Shown piece after piece: positions 10,201-21,719 of a DNA stretch of 64,000 nt (positions are counted from its first letter, which is position 1; every line of letters starts with the position of its first letter). The DNA is from Heteronotia binoei. Taxonomy: Eukaryota. The stretch is from positions 5,518,001 through 5,582,000 of the forward strand of contig NC_083231.1 of assembly GCF_032191835.1 (NCBI RefSeq), in the 5' to 3' direction. The notes beneath the pieces are model-generated. The model saw nothing but the letters and a program-made list of their open reading frames with translations, made no database searches and had not been told where the DNA came from. Position numbers and translations under genes: made by a program.

Positions 10201-13152
10201 ATAGTCCTCTTTGCTTGCAAAATGGGGCCTCTGTTTGCTTTTGGTCCAGGGGCCCATGTGGAAACCTTCATCTGCTTCGATGCTTGTACAGATCAAAGTA
10301 GCCTTCCCTTTCTCTTCTGAGCAAGAAATAATGGCATCGCCTTCCCTTTGCATATTTACAGATGAGCTTCCTTCCCCTTGGCTTTCTCCTGTACTCGTAG
10401 CTGTTGCCATGCTTCCAGCACTTCTTTCTGTACTAGTTCCTATAATGGTTGCACCAGAAGTCTCCAAGCTGTGGCAGATACCACAAGTGTTGCCTCCTAC
10501 GCTACTGCCTACAACACTGGTTTCATTTTTATCTTCAGTGGCTCTTCTTGCGTTGCCACTGCCTCCTCCTCCTGAAATGTTCCTGGGCACTGATCCTGAA
10601 GAGGATTCTGTTACAGCTATGGTACGATGGTTTTCCTTTATTTTGTCTTGGCATACTGTAGCATGTTGGTCTTTCCTTACAGAAGAACCTTCACCTGGAC
10701 TGTCTCTTTCTACTTGCTCCAAGATGGCTAACTCAGATTCATCTGTATGGACACGTTCATCGACGATCACCAGGTCATTCAGATCGTTAGTCTGCGTCAC
10801 ACCAGTTAATACAGTTCTTACACTTCCTTGCACAGTGCTCTCCTGAAGGTCTGTATTACCTTCAGCCACTTGTTCGCCACTTAAATAAGCAGCTTCACCC
10901 TTGGTTTCAATATTTTTGTCATTTATTGCACCTCCTTTCACATCACTGCCAAGTACAATAGTATCATGTTGTTCCATTTTAACAGAATCTTCTATTTTAC
11001 TGTCGGAAATGGCATCTTTACTACAAGGCGTATCTAAAGTAAAAGATTCCTCCTCAGACATACTACTCAAAGTGTTTGTGATTTCTGCAAGATTGCTACC
11101 CTCTTCTCTTGAGGAGCTCTTGGTTGGAGAACTGCTTTCTTTGCTCGGATCAATTACATTTCCAGGAGTGCTCAGTGCTGGAGAACTCTCAGACACTTCT
11201 TGGGATTTTAACTTCTCACTGTCCTTGTGAGAAGGAAGTGAGAGCTGATCACCTGTCTTACCCAAAGGAATCACACAACCTGGCAACTGCTCGGTAGGTT
11301 CCAGATTCTTCAGAGTGTGATCATTTATATCTCTCAGTCCATCCTCTTCCTTTTGGGGAATGTTTTCATCTTTTTGCTCGGAGTTAATGTGACTTGAAAG
11401 GGAAGGTTCTGATGTCCTTTCTTTGGAATGACCTGATTTATTACACTCAAACACTGAATGATGCATTCGGTCTTCAGCTGCATTTTTAAATTCAGTCTCT
11501 TGTGAATTATCACTGCCTTTTTCTTCCACTTGAGATGTCTGATGAGACAATTCGCCAAGTGTTTGTTCCAATTCAATCTCCATTGCCTCTTGGTTTTGCT
11601 GAGAATGCAATGCAAGACTACCAGTCCAGACTGTGTTCTGAGAAGCTGGGAAAGAGCAACCTGCAGGTATGACTGCTGGTATTTTTTCTTCTCCCATATC
11701 CATGTCTTGGGAAGACAAACTTCCTTTTCTGTTTTCCCCTGCTAATCTTTTACTAACTTTTTTATCTGTAAACTGATTGTTTTCTTGCACCCTGCCATGA
11801 CTGTCCACTTGTTTAACACCTTTGTCTTCCAGTTTGCTCTCTTCCTCTCTTTTTCTCATTTCCTTACTACTGTGCTTCAAACTTTTGATTTTTTGACTTT
11901 CTGTTGATAATTTCCTTTCCAGCCGAGAACTGCTTAAATCCTTATCACTTTTAGTCTTCTCTTTTGTAGACGTTTTTTCTGTCAACTGCAGCTTAACTCT
12001 GTGATTAGAATCTTTTTGTGAACTACTCATTACGTGTGCTCCACTTGCAGGCTCCAACCCCATAGAACTGTCTTCCAAAACTCTACTTTCACTTTTGGAT
12101 TTAAAATGCTTATCTAGATCACTTTCTTCTGCATTCTTTTCTTTTTCTGATTTCTGCCCAGATTCTTGCTTGGAACATCTTTCTTGTAATTCATTTTCTG
12201 CTCCTTTGGCTTGTTTGCTATGACTCTTGGATTTGGACTTTATCAAGAGCCTTCCTTCTAAGATACTTTTTGATTTTCGCCTGTCTTTGTGAATACCATC
12301 ACCCTGTCTTAAAGCACTGTCCAGGCTAACAGATTCTGCATCATGTCGATCCTTATCTTCTACATAACTTTCACTTCTCTTTGATGTTGCAGAACCGTGT
12401 GGCTTAGATGTAGTACTCTGAGACTCCTTCTGTGGCCTATAATCACTTGATGATCTTTTGATCTTATGTTCTGCCCTTGATTTTCCTGTAGAAATATGTC
12501 TGTATTTCTTGTTATTCTCTTTATGTGAGCTTTCCTCATTTTTAGAAGCTGCTTCAGACACAATCTTTACTTCTTTGTTGCTTGCCGATGCTTTCTTTTC
12601 GCCTCTGTGCTTATTCTTCCTTTCACCTGATAGAGTTTTTGTTAGCTGATTATGTTTTTGAATGCTCTCCTCAGCTTTGGGACCTTTCTCAGTTGGTAGA
12701 TTTTCTACCTCATCACCTGTTCTATGAACACCATCTCCTTTATATTTATGTTTTGTTAAGGGTTTGTCTTCAGCAAGAGTTCTTTCTTTTTCGTTTTTCT
12801 CTTTTGATGACCTAGCATCCTTCTTGAGTACACTTTTGAAATTCTGGGGTTCCAAATCTTCCTTTTTAATATGTTTTTCATTTTTTGGTACATTTTTCTG
12901 CTTCTGAAGTTCTTCTGGGTTGGCCTCTGACTTATCACTGGGAGCCTTTGGATCCTTGACTTCGGTATCATGCTGGGCTGCATCTAGTTGAGGGCAGGTA
13001 GACATTTTCCTTTTGTGTTCTCTTTCGACTTTGGAATCATTTCTGCTCTCTTCAGTTGAATGAACTGACTCTGAAAGTCTTCTAGCAAGTTTATTCATTT
13101 CAGTTTTGCCCTGACTCGCTTTCACTTCTTTCGAAGACAGCTTTTCGCCACT
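7227..13152 (-). CDS. BOD1L1: BOD1L1 giant exon 10 (5926 nt; low-complexity Lys/Glu/Ser/Thr-rich region)
   Basis: Acceptor TTTTCTTATAG at 13153, an uninterrupted frame of about 1975 codons and donor G|GTGAGG at 7226. BOD1L1-like motifs include ARRLSES, DEGFVTSTG and FEAPMPS. Confidence 0.93.
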
Positions 13153-13189
13153 CTATAAGAAAACATAACAGATTATTAGATAAGGGAAC

Positions 13190-13780
13190 AAATGGCTAGA
13201 TATATCTGCACTGCATCACAGCCTTCATTCACTAGTCTTTCTGCACACATTTTCTTAGGGAAGCAAGCCAAAGTACTGTCCCCAGCCAGGTATCTTTTCA
13301 ACATCACTATCCCAAAATATCGGATAGCTTTCTCAAAAGCACGACTCAACGCACTTTTCTCTTCGGTGCTTTTGGGACGTTACGCTGGGTACCCATATCT
13401 GGAAAGATTGTGCCCCTGCAATTGCAATGAGGTTGAAACAACTCTCCACATCGTTTTGCACTGCCCCAATTACAATGACTTGAGGGCAAGATTAATCTCT
13501 CCGATTCTTGGGTCCTTGGTGGGCAGGCAAGAGGATGAGCCAATTGCCTTCCTCCTGTCTGACACTTATTCTGATGTTTCATCTAAGATTGCCCATTTCT
13601 GTTATGCTGCTCAGTTGGAAAGGAGGGAAATTGAGAGTGTAAATCTTGGTTATGAGTTTTAACAATATGTGTAATAGCAGGAGTCAGGAATTTTGTGTAA
13701 GAGGTGATGGGTTTGTTTTTATGATTTTGTTTTTGTTTGTATTAAGCTGGTCGGATGACCGTGAATAAAGAACTACTACT
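13190..13780 (+). mobile_element. Non-LTR retrotransposon 3' fragment (C-terminal CCHC region; possibly RTE-X or related)
   Basis: ORF with RLCPCNCNEVETTLHIVLHCPNYNDLR, followed by AATAAA and an (ACT)n tail. Clade is uncertain. Confidence 0.65.
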
Positions 13781-15339
13781 ACTTCATTCACTATTTCGCC
13801 CTGAGCCTGCTTGGCGGGGGAGGGCGGGATATAAATAAAATTTTACTTTACTTTACTTACTTACTATTTTAAAGAATCAATAAAAGAATTCTGCAGTTTC
13901 ACAGCTGGATAATATTAGTCTTCTCTTTTAAACCCAAAATGTTGAAAGTAAAAAACCAACTGGTCTGTTTTCTATCAGTCAGCTCTGGAAAATTGTTCGT
14001 TGCCTGTTTTTGCCCCAATCTGCCTGTAGTGCCAAGCTCCAGTCATCCTCTGCCCGGCTTAATTCGATCCCAGGGTCAAGAGGCCGTGCTATATTCACAG
14101 CTCCTTCTGCAGGGCCATGAAACTGCCATTGCCTCCCTTCAATAGGGGACAGAATCCTGTTGTGGGTCAGCCAGGGCTCAGTGAGGACTCCTCAGGAAAA
14201 AAATGGCTCCTAAGAAGAAGAGTAGCCAGCTCTGAGTCAGCAGAAGCAAACGAGCAGGAAGACACACTGCAGGCTGGTCAGCGTTTACAGTCAACAGCTG
14301 GTGTGGAGCCACCAATATTCTCCAGCCCAGGGTCAACAGGTGAAACTCAGTTGATCGTTCCCAGCCCTCCAGTATCACCCACACTCTTTGAGAGCTGTAG
14401 AAAGAGGATAGGAACAGGGCGACAAGAGAGATGACAGAGTGCTCGCCTCCTGGTCCGATGCCAGCTGCTTGAGTAGTTGCAGAATTATTCCCCAGCAGCT
14501 GGCTGCAAATTTGACCTTAGACACATGCCTATAAAAACCAGCCAGAGGAGGCCTGTTAGGCATGGAGGCAACATGGTACTCTACCGATGATTCAGATCCT
14601 GCCTTGCTCACGTGATTTCCAGACTGGCTCCTGACTGGTTCTGCATAACTCCAGCTAGCATAATCCTTGGATCTCTTAACTATGCCTCTTGGACAGCTCT
14701 TTGACCCTTGCATCCTGCAAGCACCTGATTCGCAACAAATCTCTTTGGGTGACAACAAGAAGGGGCATCTGCTGTGGAAGATGCACCCTCGAAGTCCCTG
14801 CTTTGAACATGGCTTGCCAGTGTGGAGACCAGATTTCAAGTTCACCTCCTGCGAAGAGGGCCAAACCCCATTTCCCATCCATTCATTCAAGGAGAATACA
14901 TTATTTCGTCTCCCATACAGACAGAACTATCAAATACTGTCAACATTTTAACAGGCAAATGAAGAAAAAAAAAATCAAAGTTAGGAAAATGTATTTCTGA
15001 AAGAATCATCAGAAATTTCTCCTAGAATTCCAAGTGCCAAGAAAAACTCAAGACAATATTTGAACAGACAGCTCATTTCAGTAAATATCTAAGAATTCTA
15101 CTTTAACGTAGGAAAAAAGTCAATAAGTATCAGTTTTGTAATGAGGGCATCTAAGAAACAGTGGCCTTTGTCCAAATGCTTTTTGAAGACGTAAGTTTTG
15201 AAGACTTAATGGCACTTAAGTCTTCTTACAAGGGGACAGTAATTCCCACTGTAGTCCACTAACCCTCCTCTGTGACACTTTGGTCTGGGGTGGGGGGACC
15301 CTCAGCACAGGGGACAAAGTGGGAATCAGCAGTGGGACA

Positions 15340-16720
15340 AGAAAAGAGGAGGGCAACCAAGATGATTAGAGGGCTGGAGCACCTTTCCTAGGAGGAACGA
15401 CTGAAGAGTCTGGGATTTTCCAGCTGAGTTGAGGGGAGACATGATAGAGGTTTATAAAATTATACATGGAGTGGAGAGAGCTGGCAAAGAGAAAGTTTTC
15501 TCCCTCTCCCAAAATATTAGAACTCAAGGGTGTCCAATGAAGCTAATAGGCAGTAGGTTCATGATGGACAGAAAGAAAGACAGGTTGCTCGCCTGTATCT
15601 GACGATCTTCAAGCGGTCATCTGTGCGGTGCCTCTGTTTGGGAAGTTTCCAAAGCCTAGATTTTCGGCGGGCTTTCCCTCAGCTCCGGGCAGCAGACATC
15701 CACTGCGCATGCCTGGAGCTGAGAGGAACCCCGCCCCCACCTCACGTGCCTGAGGATTGTGCCACTGAGAGGTTAAGAGCCGACTCCAATCGATACGTCT
15801 TCAGTTGGGTCAGTTGATTTTTGAGGGGCCTGGCGAGCGAATTGAGCACAGTGTGTGTGAGAATCAACTCTGTGGTGTTCTCTGAGGCAGAGCAGGCACT
15901 TGTGGTGGCCCTCAGATGGCAGGATTTTAGCGTTATAAGAAACACAGCATTTAAAGAAAGCAGATCCTTCCATACAGTTCCCCAAGCCAACAGAAATAGC
16001 GGGAAGGAGAAGGGCAAGGATGAGGGACTGAGGAGAAAATAAAAAACAGTGATGAGGTTCTTCTTTTTTAGGTAGAACAAAACGATGAAAAGGAGGAACA
16101 AAGAGAAAAAAAAAGCTTATCTGACAAGAGCATCGAACAGAGAGCCGGAGACTGGAAAGAAGAAAAAAATCCAACCAGCCGGCAGGTGGTAAGGAAGGAA
16201 TTGAGGTGAGGGGCAGAGTTCCCCTCAGCTTCAGGCATGCGTGGTGGATGCCTGCTCCCCAGAGCTGAGGGAAAGCCTGTCGAAAATCCAGGCTTTGGAA
16301 ACGTCCCAAACAGAGGCACCGCGCAGGCGCAGTACCCAGAAATGCACAGAGACCACAAAGAAGATCCACTACTTTACACAAACAGTGATTAAAATGTGGA
16401 ATTTACTGCCAGAGAATGTCGTGATGGCCACAGGAATAAGCTACCTGAAAACAGGATTCGGTAGATTCATGGATGATAAGTCTATCAATGGCGACTAGCC
16501 AGGGTGACTGAGAGAAACCTCCATATCCAGACCTGCTAAATCTCTGAATCCCAGAGCCAGAAGGCAACATCAGGGGAAGGTCTCAATGTCTATACCCTAC
16601 TGCTGGCTGTCTCAAGGAATCGGTTGGCCACTTTGTGAGATGGGATGCTGGACTAGATGGACGATTCGTCTGATCCAGCAAGGCTCCTCTTACGTTCTAA
16701 TGAGAAAATCAGCAAAAATT
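15340..16720 (+). mobile_element. CR1 3' fragment interrupted by a DIRS-like element
   Basis: CR1 sequence ...AGGTTCATGATGGACAGAAAG resumes as ACTACTTTACACAAACAGTGATTAAAATGTGG after 16367. Confidence 0.7.
15575..16365 (-). mobile_element. Internally deleted DIRS-like (tyrosine-recombinase) retroelement
   Basis: Inverted repeats at ~15625-15738 and ~16210-16323. DIRS-type termini TCTTCTTTGTGGTCTCTGTGC and ...TACAGGCGAGCAACCTGT. ORF1-like Zn-finger peptide FKCCVSYNAKILPSEGHHKCLLCLREHH. No TSD seen. Confidence 0.7.
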
Positions 16721-16733
16721 TCCCTCTCCTCTT

Positions 16734-17322
16734 AAGAAGAAGATATTGGATTTATATCCCGCCCTCCACACCGAAGAGTCTTAGAGCGGCTCACAATCTC
16801 CTTTACCTTCCTCCCCCACAACAGACACCCTGTGAGGTAGATGAAGATATTGGATTTATATCCCACCCTCCACTCCGAAGAGTCTCAGAGCGGCTCACAA
16901 TCTCCTTTACCTTCCTCCCCCACAACAGACACCCTGTGAGGTAGATGAAGATATTGGATTTATATCCCGCCCTCCACTCCAAAGAGTCTCAGAGCGGCTC
17001 ACAATCTCCTTTACCTTCCTCCCCCACAACAGACACCCTGTGAGGTAGATGAAGATATTGGATTTATATCCCGCCCTCCACTCCAAAGAGTCTCAGAGCG
17101 GCTCACAATCTCCTTTACCTTCCTCCCCCACAACAGACACCCTGTGAGGTGGGTGGGGCTGGAGAGGGCTCTCACAGCAGCTGCCCTTTCAAGGACAACC
17201 TCTGCCAGAGCTATGGCTGACCCAAGGCCATGCTAGCAGGTGCAAGTGGAGGAGTGGGGAATCAAACCCGGTTCTCCCAGAGAAGAGTCCGCACACTTAA
17301 CAACTACACCAAACCGGATCTC
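16734..17322 (-). mobile_element. Squam3-like SINE with four tandem 104-bp 3' units
   Basis: Units start at 16742, 16846, 16950 and 17054. The junction is the same as in the 152-642 array. Confidence 0.88.
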
Positions 17323-17435
17323 CTTTAAGTATCAGCAAGAAACTTTAAGTATCAGCAAGTTCCCTCTCCATTTATCATGGGACTGAAACCAGTGTTTCTA
17401 ACTAAGTGAAAACATTATCAGCAAATGTTTATACT

Positions 17436-17885
17436 CAGGGATCATTTTGTAGAAAAATAGATGGCGGAGCTCATTAGCATATGCCGCCCCCTCACCAGCC
17501 AAAAGCAACCCGACACAAGAAAAGAGAGCGCTGGATGAACAAGGCTAGCTTGGGCTGGGTAGAGATCCAGCCAGCCCAATCAGGCCTTGTTCTCCTGGGT
17601 CACCCCCCCACACACACAGTCAAAAGGCCAGCAAGCCACCCGCCACCCAGAATCACATAAGTAGTGGAGAAAGCGTGGTGTGGGCTTCTCCAGGGGTTAA
17701 TGAGAGCTGCTGGGTGTGTGGCAAAGCCTCTGGTACCTGGTCGGCTGCCCGTTCTCCTAGCCCAGGGATTGTTATGCAGCTGTGCCTACTATTCAATGGA
17801 CAATGTAGGTGGGGAAGAAGAGAGGGAACCCTCAGAAAGGTTCAGGAGCTGTGTTCATGTGAGCTCCTGCTGAATCTGAGGCCTG
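17436..17885. mobile_element. Non-autonomous hAT element (450 bp)
   Basis: CAGG...CCTG termini and 8-bp TSD TTTATACT / CTTATACT. Ends are shared with 48868-49027. Confidence 0.75.
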
Positions 17886-17969
17886 CTTATACTTCAAAAT
17901 TTTGAGAGAAGACAAACTATCAAATTTCACAGCGGAATAGTTTTTACAAGATTATAACAGAAGACATAC

Positions 17970-18045
17970 TTCATTTGTCTTCTGAGGTTCTCTGAGCTCT
18001 TCCTCCTGCTGTTCATATTTCTTCTTTCCACCTTCATCATTATGT
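17970..18045 (-). CDS. BOD1L1: BOD1L1 exon 9 (76 nt)
   Basis: TTTCAG acceptor and GTATGT donor. Translates RHNDEGGKKKYEQQEEELREPQKTNE. Phase 2 to 0, linking exons 8 and 10 in frame. Confidence 0.88.
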
Positions 18046-18149
18046 CTGAAACAGGCAAAAGAGAAAGCAATTTTAATTCCTTACATCCTTTTGAATTAAC
18101 GATTTAAACAGGCGTAGGAAAACCTATTTGCCACTTTGTATCAGACAAG

Positions 18150-18501
18150 TGCTAGAGAAGACTCTTGAGAGTCCCTTGGACTGCAAGATCAAATCAGTCA
18201 GTCCTAAGGGAAATCAACGCAGACTGTTCACTGGAAGGTCAGATGCTGAAGATGAAGCTCAAATACTTTGGCCACCAAACGACCAGGGAGCACTCGCTGG
18301 AGAAGATCCTGATGCTGGGAAAGACAGAAGGCAAAAGAAGAAGGGGACGGCAAAAGATGAGATGGCTGGACAGCGTTACTGATGTAACTAACACAAATTT
18401 GAGCAGACTTTGGAGGATGGTGGAAGACAGGAGGGCCTGGCGTGACTTTGTCCATGGGGTTGCAAAGAGTCGGACTCGACTGTGCGACTGAACAACAACA
18501 A
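18150..18501 (+). mobile_element. BovB (RTE) 5'-truncated 3' end
   Basis: Peptide RVPWTARSNQSVLREINADCSLEGQMLKMKLKYFGH...KSRTRL, (AAC)n tail and 10-bp TSD ATCAGACAAG (18140-18149 / 18502-18511). Confidence 0.9.
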
Positions 18502-18631
18502 ATCAGACAAGCAACAGCTTTTAGTGATTTAAGTGATGTCAACACAGACCTTGTTAAAAGCAAATATATTTTAATATGGGAGGGAAAAGCAATGTAATTT
18601 AATTTCTCATATAAGAAAAAAAATTGAGTAC

Positions 18632-18776
18632 CTTGACTCCCTTCTTCTTTTCCTGCTTAATGCCACCTTTTTCTCTAAAAACCTCTGTTCTTTCAGCACA
18701 TCTTTAATGCTGGCACCGCTGGCTTTTGAATCAAGGGCTCTGCTGGAAGACTCTTCCACATTTTGACTGCTTTTGC
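18632..18776 (-). CDS. BOD1L1: BOD1L1 exon 8 (145 nt)
   Basis: TTTAG acceptor and GTACTC donor. Translates GKSSQNVEESSSRALDSKASGASIKDVLKEQRFLEKKVALSRKRRRES. Phase 1 to 2. Confidence 0.9.
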
Positions 18777-19200
18777 CTAAAACAACATAGTAAAAAAAAA
18801 ATATCTGAACAGCACTACTATAGGGCACCACCTTGCTGGATCACGGGAATGCTGTAGTCCTACTTTATTATTGATTTCAGTAAGGTTCCACATAATATTC
18901 TTGTTGAAGTTGGTAAGATGCGATTTGGATCCTATTACTGTTCGGTGGATCTGTTACTGGTTGACAGATTACACCCAAAGAGTGCTCGTTAATAGTTTCT
19001 CATCCTCTAAGAGAAGAGTAACAAGTAGAGTGCCTCAAGGATCTGTCCTGGAGTCTATTTTGTTTAATATCTTTATAAATGATTTGGATGAAGGAAAGGA
19101 AGGAATCAAAGATTTCAGGTTTTCACGGCTGGCATCATCATTAGGGTTTGTAGACTCTTTCGGGCTCAAGTGCCGTGTTCTACTGGAGAAAGTTTTCCTT

Positions 19201-19241
19201 CCAGACGTTTCGTTCTCAGCTGCGGAGAACATCCTCAGTGG
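19201..19241 (-). ncRNA. Minimal type-I hammerhead ribozyme motif (sense to BOD1L1 pre-mRNA)
   Basis: CCA-CUGAGGA-(U)GUUCUC cgcagcu GAGAAC-GAAA-CG-UC-UGG: intact core, stems I and II, palindromic ACGU stem III and GUC cleavage triplet. Confidence 0.8.
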
Positions 19242-19767
19242 CGTTGCAACCGGAGCAGGCGTTCTGACTTTCTTGGCTGCTGTGCATTGAGTGAGGCCAG
19301 GGCTGCTGGAGAGCTGCTATTTCTAGGCTGGAGGGGGTGTGGTGAGAGGGCAATTGGTTTGTGAATGTACCCATTGTTTGGTGGGGCTTCCTGGAAGGGT
19401 GGTGATAAGGAAATGTGACCATTGTTCTGTGTTGATTGCTGGGAGGGTTGGAAGGGGTGTGAAGATAAGGAAGATGGTTGTTGATTGTGCTGATTGTTCT
19501 CTGGAATGTGCTGGTTGTTCTGTGACCTTCTGCAATTTGTAGTCTGTAGGGTGTTTTGCAGAGCTGGATACCAAGAATGGTGGATGGAAATGCCTTCCAT
19601 CCAAATCAGCACAATCAACAACCATCTTCCTTATCTTCACACCCCTTCCAACCCTCCCAGCAATCAACACAGAACAATGGTCACATTCCACAGCCAGTTT
19701 CCTTATCACCACCCTTCCAGGAAGCCCCACCAAACAATGGGTCAGAACGCCTGCTCCGGCTGCAACG

Positions 19768-19808
19768 CCACTGAGGATGTTCTCCGCAGCTGAGAACGAA
19801 ACGTCTGG
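19768..19808 (+). ncRNA. Minimal type-I hammerhead ribozyme motif
   Basis: Exact reverse complement of the 19201-19241 motif. Confidence 0.8.
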
Positions 19809-20881
19809 AAGAAAAACTTTCTCCAGTAGAACACGGCACTTGAGCCCGAAAGATTCTACAAACCCTAAAGGAAGGAATGCTTATTACATTTGCAGATGAT
19901 ACTAAATTGGAAGGGGTAGCAAATATGGTAGAAGAGAGTCAGGAAACAGGATGATCTTGACGGGCTGGAAAACAAGGGTAGAACAAACAGAATGCATTTT
20001 AATGCAGATAAATATAAAGTTCTGCATTTAGTTAAGAAAAATCCAATGCATAATTACAGGATGGGGGAGATTTGTCTTGGCAGTAGTATGTGCGAAAAGG
20101 AACTAGGGGTCTTGGTGTGAAGTGTGAAGATACTGCAGTGTGAAGCAGTATCTAAAAAGGCAAATGTGATTTTGGGCTGTATCAACAAAAGTATAGTGTC
20201 CAGACCACACAAAGTGATGGTATAACACTTAACTCTACTCTGGTTAGACCTCACCTAGAGTACTGTGTTCACTTTTGGGCACCACAATTTAAGAAGGATA
20301 TAGACAAGCTCAAACATGTCCAGAGGAGAACAGTGAAGATGGGTCTGGAGTCCAAGTCCTATGAGGAAAGGTTGAAGGAGCTGGGTATGTTTAGCTGGAG
20401 AGACGACAACTGGAGGTTTTCAAACAGAGGCTAGATGGCCATCTGATAGCAATGCTGATTCTGTGAACCTGGGCAGATCATGAGAAAGAGGGCAGTTCTC
20501 GTGGTCCCTTTTTATACTCCCAGGAAAATGCTGTTTACCACTTTGGGGTCAGGCAGTAAATTTTCTCCAAGCCAGTTTGGCCAGGAATCCTGGAGAGGCC
20601 CTCCCCCTCTTATTGTTTCATCTTCTGAGCTTCAAGCAGGGGTCACTAGGGGTGTGGGGAGGGGTACCTGTGAATTTCCTTCGTTGTGTAGGGGGTTGGA
20701 CTAGATGACCCTGGAGGTCCCTTCCAACTTTATGATTCTATTTTTACATTACTCTCTTGATTGCCAGAAAAACTTTTTAGAGGTCAAACAGGATTTCACT
20801 CTTGTATATACAACAGAGACAGACAAGAAGAGATTAAATGAGACAGCACAAAGAGCATTAAGTTTACACCCCACCCAGCAC

Positions 20882-20996
20882 CTTGAATGCCTGTTCTCAA
20901 GGTTTTTGTTTTCTCCGCAGCTTTCTGCTTCCGCTTTTCTTCAAGTTTTTCTCTGTTAAGTCTTCTCCTTAAAAGTCTCTCTTCTTTTTCTTTAGC
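20882..20996 (-). CDS. BOD1L1: BOD1L1 exon 7 (115 nt; donor position slightly uncertain)
   Basis: TTCAG acceptor. Translates AKEKEERLLRRRLNREKLEEKRKQKAAEKTKTLRTGIQ. The phase-compatible donor AAG|GTGCTG is weak. Confidence 0.85.
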
Positions 20997-21064
20997 CTGA
21001 AGACAACAGAAAGGCAAAAGTGTTATAGGCATGGCCAAAAGGGCGCCTGGGGTCTTTTCAGCTT

Positions 21065-21280
21065 TCATACGAACATATGGAGCTGCCATATACTGAATCA
21101 GACTCTTGGTCCATCAACGCCAGTCTTGTCTTCTCAGACTGGCAGTGGCTCTCCAGGGTCTCAAGCTGAGGTTTTTCACACCTATTTCCCTGGACCCTTT
21201 TTAGTTGGAGATGCCGGGGATTGAATCTGGGACCTTCTGCTTATCAAGCAGATGCTCTACCAATGAGCCACCATTCCTCT
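21065..21280 (-). mobile_element. tRNA-derived SINE (Squam2-like)
   Basis: Head GTGGCTCATTGGTAGAGCATCTGC...CAGATTCAATCCC. Body and tail match 35401-35886. Confidence 0.8.
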
Positions 21281-21719
21281 TTGAGTAGCAGCCCCTAAAC
21301 CTGCCCCGTCCTCACCGCCCAGAACGTTGCAAGGTTAACTGCAGTGCTTCCCACTGTGTGGGGAAGCAGGTCAAACAAGCAGCTCCTGACCTCCATGCTG
21401 TTGCACTTTGCATGTTCAGGAGATGCTGTATACGGCTGAGTCCGCACTTTACTGCATAGGTGTTTTAAAATTAAAAGGAGATCCACTCTAAAAGGTGAAA
21501 TTGCACCTTCTTTCTGAAAATCTTAATTGCTGTGTTTTTATATTTTGGTATGCACATTTTAGTTTCAGTTTAAATTGTTTTAATAAAGTGTGCTGTTTGT
21601 TTTAATGATTTTTAAGATGTGTTTTTATTATGTATATTTTTAATACATTAGCTGCTTCAGTGGTCCTGATGAGGGCAAAAATGGGGGGAAATACATTTGT
21701 AAATAATAAAGTCTAATCA

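Larger units (their letters stand above)
19107..19866. mobile_element. Penelope-like (Poseidon-type) element with inverted pseudo-LTRs
   Basis: Minus arm 19107-~19594 and plus arm ~19604-19866 are reverse complements, each with a different internal deletion. 12-bp TSD AAAGGAAGGAAT (19095-19106 / 19867-19878). Same family as 41367-41944. Confidence 0.85.
18826..20740 (+). mobile_element. Decayed CR1 RT/3' fragment hosting a Penelope insertion
   Basis: [24 protein letters not shown], then FADDTKL after the insert. CR1 3' end TTCCAACTTTATGATTCTAT. Confidence 0.8.

Noticed and set aside
7316-12983. Many plus-strand and alternate-frame ORFs overlapping exon 10 (e.g. 10211-10846, 211 aa)
   Set aside because: Shadow ORFs of a long biased coding exon, with no recognisable motifs or splice context.
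14050-14900. GC-richer segment with ORF fragments vaguely like DIRS ORF1 (similar impression at ~29700-30350 and ~34570-34870)
   Set aside because: No diagnostic motif or terminus could be read with confidence; needs RepeatMasker or an HMM search.
19216-19793. Cluster of overlapping ORFs (also 41381-41884)
   Set aside because: Low-complexity Penelope 3'UTR; only the short GIY-YIG tail is a real coding remnant.
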